Shown here: positions 59,487 to 64,000 of the stretch, in pieces
How the letters are laid out: each line of letters opens with the position of its first letter
Numbering within the stretch: the stretch's first letter is position 1
Source: an uncultured Chloroflexia bacterium
Lineage (GTDB): Bacteria; Chloroflexota; Limnocylindria; Limnocylindrales; CSP1-4
NCBI GenBank assembly: GCA_963766735.1
Contig: CAVYBU010000002.1
Span: forward strand, 32,001 to 96,000
Reading direction: 5' to 3'
Length of the DNA stretch: 64,000 nt
Program-made: the position numbers and the translations under genes
Notes under the pieces: model-generated
Databases searched by the model: none
Told to the model about the DNA's origin: nothing
What the model saw: the letters and a program-made list of their open reading frames with translations, nothing else

Positions 59487-60929
59487 ATGGCCGTCGGCTC
59501 TTCCAACGACTTCGATCTCGTCGTCCTCGGCGCCGGGACGGGCGGCTACGCCGCTGCCTTCCGCGCCTCCCAGCTCGGTCTCCGGGTGGCCCTCGTGGAC
59601 GAGGACAAGCTCGGCGGGACGTGTCTGCATCGCGGGTGCATCCCCACCAAGGCCCTGCTGGAGTCCGCGGCGGTCAACGAGCGCGTGCGCCATGCCGGCG
59701 ACTTCGGCATTCGCATTCCCGGTGCCGCCGAGGTGGACTACGCCCAGATCGCGAAGCGGCGGGACCAGGTCGTCAACCGCATGTGGAAGGGCGTCCAGTC
59801 CCTCGTCAAGAAGTACGACGTGACATGGGTCCAGGGCCGCGGCCGTCTCGAGGGCGCCACCAAGGTCCGCATCCGCCTCGCGGGCGAGGACGGGACCCCG
59901 GGTGCCGGCGGCGAGCGCCTGCTGAACGCCACGGACGTGATCCTGGCCACCGGCTCCCGCGTCAAGTCGCTGCCGGGCATCGTGCCGGACGGGAAGCGGA
60001 TCGTGACCTCGGACGACGTCCTGCGCATGGACACGATGCCGGCGAGCGTCATCGTCATCGGCGCGGGTGCGGTGGGCGTGGAGTTCGCGTCCATGTACCA
60101 CGACCTGGGAGCCGTGGTGACCCTGCTCGAGTACCTGCCGGCCATCGTCCCACTCGAGGACCGCGACGTGAGCAAGGAGCTCGAGCGGACCTTCACCCGG
60201 CGCGGGATCAAGGTGATCACGAGCGCCCGCTTCGACCCCGCGTCCGTCGTCGCGGATGAGGCCGGTGTGCGGATCACCGTCGGGCCCGAGGGCAAGGACG
60301 CCAGCGAGATCTCGGCCGAGATGCTCCTGGTTGCCGCGGGGCGCGCCACCAACGTCGAGGACGTCGGCCTCGAGACCACGTCCGCCGAGGTCGATCGCGG
60401 CATCGTGAAGGTGGACGGGCACATGCGGACGAAGGAGCCCCACCTCTACGCGATCGGTGACATCGTGGGCGGCCTCATGCTCGCGCACACGGCCGCGCAC
60501 GAGGGGATCATCGCGGCCCATGCGATCATCGGGGACGCCGACGTCCACGCCATGGACTACGTCAAGCAGCCCAAGGCCACGTACTGCCGGCCCGAGATCG
60601 CATCGGTGGGCCTCACGGAGCAGGAGTGCGAGGCGCGCGGCCTGCCCACGAAGATCGCGAAGATCCCGTTCCAGGCGGTGGGCAAGGCGATCATCGGCGG
60701 CGAGTACGAGGGGTTCGCCAAGATCATCGCGCACGCCGGGACGGACGAGACCCTCGGCATCCACCTGATCGGTCCCCACGCCACGGACCTCGTCGGCGAG
60801 GCATCGCTGGCGCTCACACTCGAGGCGACGCCGTGGGAGATCGGCGCCGCAACGCACGCACACCCGACGCTCTCGGAGATCCTGGGCGAGACCGCGATGG
60901 CGGTCGACGGGCGGTCGATCAACTTCTGA
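59487..60929 (+). CDS. lpdA: Dihydrolipoyl dehydrogenase (E3)
   Basis: GAGTGGY, GGTCLHRGCIPTK, IGAGAVGVE, AIGD, HAHPTLSE. Confidence 0.95.
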   Translation: MAVGSSNDFDLVVLGAGTGGYAAAFRASQLGLRVALVDEDKLGGTCLHRGCIPTKALLESAAVNERVRHAGDFGIRIPGAAEVDYAQIAKRRDQVVNRMWKGVQSLVKKYDVTWVQGRGRLEGATKVRIRLAGEDGTPGAGGERLLNATDVILATGSRVKSLPGIVPDGKRIVTSDDVLRMDTMPASVIVIGAGAVGVEFASMYHDLGAVVTLLEYLPAIVPLEDRDVSKELERTFTRRGIKVITSARFDPASVVADEAGVRITVGPEGKDASEISAEMLLVAAGRATNVEDVGLETTSAEVDRGIVKVDGHMRTKEPHLYAIGDIVGGLMLAHTAAHEGIIAAHAIIGDADVHAMDYVKQPKATYCRPEIASVGLTEQECEARGLPTKIAKIPFQAVGKAIIGGEYEGFAKIIAHAGTDETLGIHLIGPHATDLVGEASLALTLEATPWEIGAATHAHPTLSEILGETAMAVDGRSINF

Positions 60930-61003
60930 CGGGAATGCGCGGTGGGCAGAACCGGGGCGGACGGTCCGACCCGCCGCCGACGAGCCGCCGCACGGAGGAC
61001 GCG

Positions 61004-62098
61004 ATGACGCTCACCGGTAACAGCGGCGACGCCGCCGCGGGCCCCCTGGCGGCCGGAATCGGGCTGGCCGACGCGGACCTCGTGGCGATGTACCGGACGG
61101 TCGCCCTTGCCCGGGCGCTGGACGAGCGGTTGTGGATCCTCAACCGTGCGGGCCGGATCCCGTTCGTCATCAGCGGCCAGGGCCACGAGGGTGCGCAGGT
61201 CGGGACGGCCTGGGCGCTCCGCCGCGGCCACGACTGGATTGCGCCCTTCTACCGGTCCATCGCAACCTGTCTCGCGTTCGGAATGACGCCGCGGGACCTG
61301 ATGCTCGCCCAGTACGCGAAGGTGTCCGACCCGGGTTCGGGCGGGCGCCAGATGCCCGGCCACTACAGCAGCCGCGAGCACAATCTCGTCAGCGTCTCCT
61401 CACCCGTCGCCACCCAGATCCTGCACGCGGTGGGGATCGCGCTGGCCGCCAAGATCCGCGGCACCGGCCAGGTCGCGGCCGCGATGATGGGGGAGGGAAG
61501 CTCCAACCAGGGCGACGTGCACGAGGCGCTCAACTTCGCCGCGATCCACCGCCTGCCGTTCGTGCTCATCGTGGAGAACAACGGCTACGCGATCAGCGTC
61601 CCCGCGGAGCGTCAGGTGTCCGTCAAGGACGTGGCCATGCGTGCCGCCGGGTATGGCATCCCGGGCGTCGTGGTGGACGGAACCGACGTCCTCGCCTGCT
61701 ACGCGGCGAGCCACGAGGCGGTGGAGCGAGCGCGAAGCGGCGGTGGCCCCACCCTGATCGAGGCCAAGGTGACGCGCCTGACGGCGCACTCCTCGGACGA
61801 CCAGCAGACCAAGTACCGGACCGAGGACGACCTGGCCGAAGGCCGGACGCACGACCCATTGCCGATCTTCCGCGAGCAGCTGCAGGGGGCGGGCGTCCTC
61901 ACGCCCGCGATCGAGGCGGCGCTCCAGGCCGAGATCGCGGTCCTGGTGGAGGACGCCACGGACTTTGCCGAGGCCGAGCCGGATCCCGATCCGGCCACCG
62001 CGATGGACTGGGTGTTCGCCGACGCATCGGCGGGCGAGCCGCCTCCGCCCTGGCACCCGGCGCCGGGCGCCGGCAGCAGTTCCGGGGGCCACGGCTGA
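61004..62098 (+). CDS. 2-oxoacid dehydrogenase E1 alpha (branched-chain type likely)
   Basis: FVISGQGHEGAQV, GRQMPGH, GEGSSNQGDVHE...ENN (TPP motif), HSSDD. Confidence 0.9.
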   Translation: MTLTGNSGDAAAGPLAAGIGLADADLVAMYRTVALARALDERLWILNRAGRIPFVISGQGHEGAQVGTAWALRRGHDWIAPFYRSIATCLAFGMTPRDLMLAQYAKVSDPGSGGRQMPGHYSSREHNLVSVSSPVATQILHAVGIALAAKIRGTGQVAAAMMGEGSSNQGDVHEALNFAAIHRLPFVLIVENNGYAISVPAERQVSVKDVAMRAAGYGIPGVVVDGTDVLACYAASHEAVERARSGGGPTLIEAKVTRLTAHSSDDQQTKYRTEDDLAEGRTHDPLPIFREQLQGAGVLTPAIEAALQAEIAVLVEDATDFAEAEPDPDPATAMDWVFADASAGEPPPPWHPAPGAGSSSGGHG

Positions 62099-63081
62099 TG
62101 ACGATGCGCACGTTCATCGAGGCGATCCGCGACGGGATGGCCGAGGAGATGCGCCGGGACTCTTCGGTCATCGTGCTGGGCGAGGACGTCGGCAAGAAGG
62201 GCGGCGTCTTCCTCGCCACCGATGGGCTGTGGGCCGAGTTCGGCGATGACCGCGTGATCGACACCCCGCTCACGGAATCGATGATCATCGGGGCGTCGAT
62301 CGGCGCCGCGGTCAACGGGCTGCGGCCCATCGCCGAGATCCAGTTCGCCGACTTCATCTTCCCGGCCTTCAATCAGATCCTGTCCGAAGCGGCCCGGATG
62401 CGCTATCGCTCGATCAGCACGTTCTCCGTCCCGATGGTGATCCGGGCTCCGTTCGGCGGCGGCGTGCACGGCGCGCTGTACCACTCGCAGTCCGTGGAGG
62501 CGTTCTTCACCCACATCCCGGGCCTCAAGGTCGTGGTCCCGTCCACGCCGTACGACGCGAAGGGCTTGCTGCGTTCGGCGGTCCGGGACGACGACCCGGT
62601 CCTCTTCTTCGAGCACAAGAAGATGTATCGATCGGTCCGCGGCGAGGTCCCGGCGACGGACTTCACGGTGCCCATCGGGCGGGCGGCGGTGCGGCGGGCC
62701 GGCCGTCACGTCTCGGTCATCGCGTACGGGTTGATGGTCCACTACGCCCTGGAGGCAGCCGAGCGCGTGGCCGACGAGGGTATCGACTGCGAGGTCATCG
62801 ACCTCCGATCGCTCCGACCGCTCGATCGCGAGACCCTTCTCTCGTCCGTGCGCAAGACCGGCAAGTGCCTCATCGCGTACGAGGACAACAAGTTCGGCGG
62901 GTATGGAGCGGAGATCGCGGCGATCGTTGCCGAGGAGGCGTTCGACTACCTGGACGGACCGGTCTCGCGGATCGCCGGGCCGGACGTGCCCGCGATGCCG
63001 TACAACCACGTCCTGGAGGACTGGTTCATGCTCAGCCCGGCCAAGATCGCGGACGCGATCCGCCGGCTCGCCGCGTACTGA
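62098..63081 (+). CDS. 2-oxoacid dehydrogenase E1 beta
   Basis: GEDVGKKGGVF, DTPLTES, EIQFADF, HGALYHSQS, FFEHK, IDLRSLRPLD. Confidence 0.92.
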   Translation: MTMRTFIEAIRDGMAEEMRRDSSVIVLGEDVGKKGGVFLATDGLWAEFGDDRVIDTPLTESMIIGASIGAAVNGLRPIAEIQFADFIFPAFNQILSEAARMRYRSISTFSVPMVIRAPFGGGVHGALYHSQSVEAFFTHIPGLKVVVPSTPYDAKGLLRSAVRDDDPVLFFEHKKMYRSVRGEVPATDFTVPIGRAAVRRAGRHVSVIAYGLMVHYALEAAERVADEGIDCEVIDLRSLRPLDRETLLSSVRKTGKCLIAYEDNKFGGYGAEIAAIVAEEAFDYLDGPVSRIAGPDVPAMPYNHVLEDWFMLSPAKIADAIRRLAAY

Positions 63082-63088
63082 TACAGGG

Positions 63089-63433
63089 GTGGCGGGGGAG
63101 CTCGCTCCGATCGAAGCGCGCCTGTGGACGGTCCTGGATCCGTACCGGGACCGGCTGGTGGCGGGCTCTGTCTACGGGATCGCGACGCTGACCCGTCCAG
63201 GCGCGAAGGCCCACGGCTACTTCGCCGGGGTGAGCCTCGCCAAGGGGCACGTCTCGCTCCACCTGATGCCGATCTACCACGACCCATCGCTGCTGGACGG
63301 GATCTCGCCGGCGCTCCGCAAGCGTGTGTCGGGCAAGGCCACGCTGAGGTTCACGGCCGTGGACGAGGCAGTCTTCGCGGACCTGGATGCGCTGGTGGCG
63401 CGTTCGTTCGAGGCGTACGTCGCGGCCAGATGA
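63089..63433 (+). CDS. Small hypothetical protein (DUF1801-like)
   Basis: YFAGV..AKGHVSLHLMPIY...ISPALRKRVSGKATLRF pattern; sits inside the operon. Confidence 0.65.
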   Translation: MAGELAPIEARLWTVLDPYRDRLVAGSVYGIATLTRPGAKAHGYFAGVSLAKGHVSLHLMPIYHDPSLLDGISPALRKRVSGKATLRFTAVDEAVFADLDALVARSFEAYVAAR

Positions 63434-63591
63434 GGTGAGCCTCCGGGTGGGCGCCCGGCATGGCACGAAGCAGGATCCCTGGTGGCTCCGGTGGCGAGGC
63501 GGGGACCCAGCGCCGACACGTCGTCGCGGGATGCGCAACACTAGCCCCTCGACATCGCGTCCCACGCCCGCTCATCGGAGGAAGTGACCCA

Positions 63592-64000
63592 GTGGTCAAG
63601 GTGACGATGCCCCAGCTCGGCGAGAGCGTCGCGGAAGGGACGATCGGGCGCTGGCTCAAGCAGCCTGGCGATACCGTGGCCAAGTACGAGGCTTTGGTCG
63701 AGGTCGTCACCGACAAGGTCAACGCCGAGGTGCCGTCGCCGTACGCGGGTGTCCTCCGCGAGATCCTCGCGCCCGAAGGGTCCGTCGTGCCCAACAACGC
63801 GGACATCGCGGTGATCGAGACCGAGGAGGAGGCCGCATCCGGGGTATCCGTAGCGACGGTGGCCCCGGCAGCAGCCCCGAGCCCGGCCACGACTGCGACC
63901 GCGGCGGCGACCCCGGCAGCGATACCGGGCCCGGCAGCAGCCCCGATCCCGGCCGCGGCCCCGGCTCCCGCCACGGAGCCCGTCGGCGACCCCAACGCCC
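63592..64000 (+). CDS. Dihydrolipoamide acyltransferase (E2), N-terminal part, truncated by the window edge
   Basis: VTMPQLGESVAEGTIGRWLKQPGD...EVVTDKVNAEVPSP lipoyl domain followed by an Ala/Pro linker; no stop before the end. Confidence 0.9.
   Translation, partial: MVKVTMPQLGESVAEGTIGRWLKQPGDTVAKYEALVEVVTDKVNAEVPSPYAGVLREILAPEGSVVPNNADIAVIETEEEAASGVSVATVAPAAAPSPATTATAAATPAAIPGPAAAPIPAAAPAPATEPVGDPNA

Overview
High-GC bacterial chromosomal window. Gene content and protein style suggest Chloroflexota (inference only). It is mostly core and metabolic genes, with no CRISPR array, integrase, transposase or rRNA. Main blocks: a SpoIID/LytB enzyme with four near-identical 339-bp SH3b-like repeats; GT4; MarR with an ABC exporter; ADP-forming acyl-CoA ligase; NlpC/P60; MFS; PD-(D/E)XK nuclease; enolase-superfamily epimerase; vapBC > tRNA-Gln(CTG) > glnS; metY-metX behind a candidate Met-Cys-Met leader-peptide attenuator; an OmpR/PhoP-type two-component system with TCACAGC-N4 boxes; TPP riboswitch with a ThiY/ThiX-type ABC importer; GT1/maltokinase-like/SIS cluster; feoAB divergent from an HTH regulator and heme operon (hemA-hemCD-hemB-hemL-hemE-hemH-radical SAM-hemY, no chdC in the window); mutY; nnrE; glpDK; zinc-ribbon protein; plsY; and an lpd-E1a-E1b-E2 2-oxoacid dehydrogenase operon cut off by the window edge. 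Best novelty candidates are (1) a possible heme-sensing control circuit at the feo/hem locus (Xis/BldC-like HTH with a helical sensor domain, 9-bp direct repeats, an RCPVD insert in HemA, GGHP repeats on the radical SAM enzyme), (2) the Met/Cys leader-peptide attenuator, and (3) switch-like RNA leaders before the NlpC/P60 and zinc-ribbon genes. Several single-base frameshifts suggest assembly errors. All calls come from reading motifs by eye; no database searches were run.
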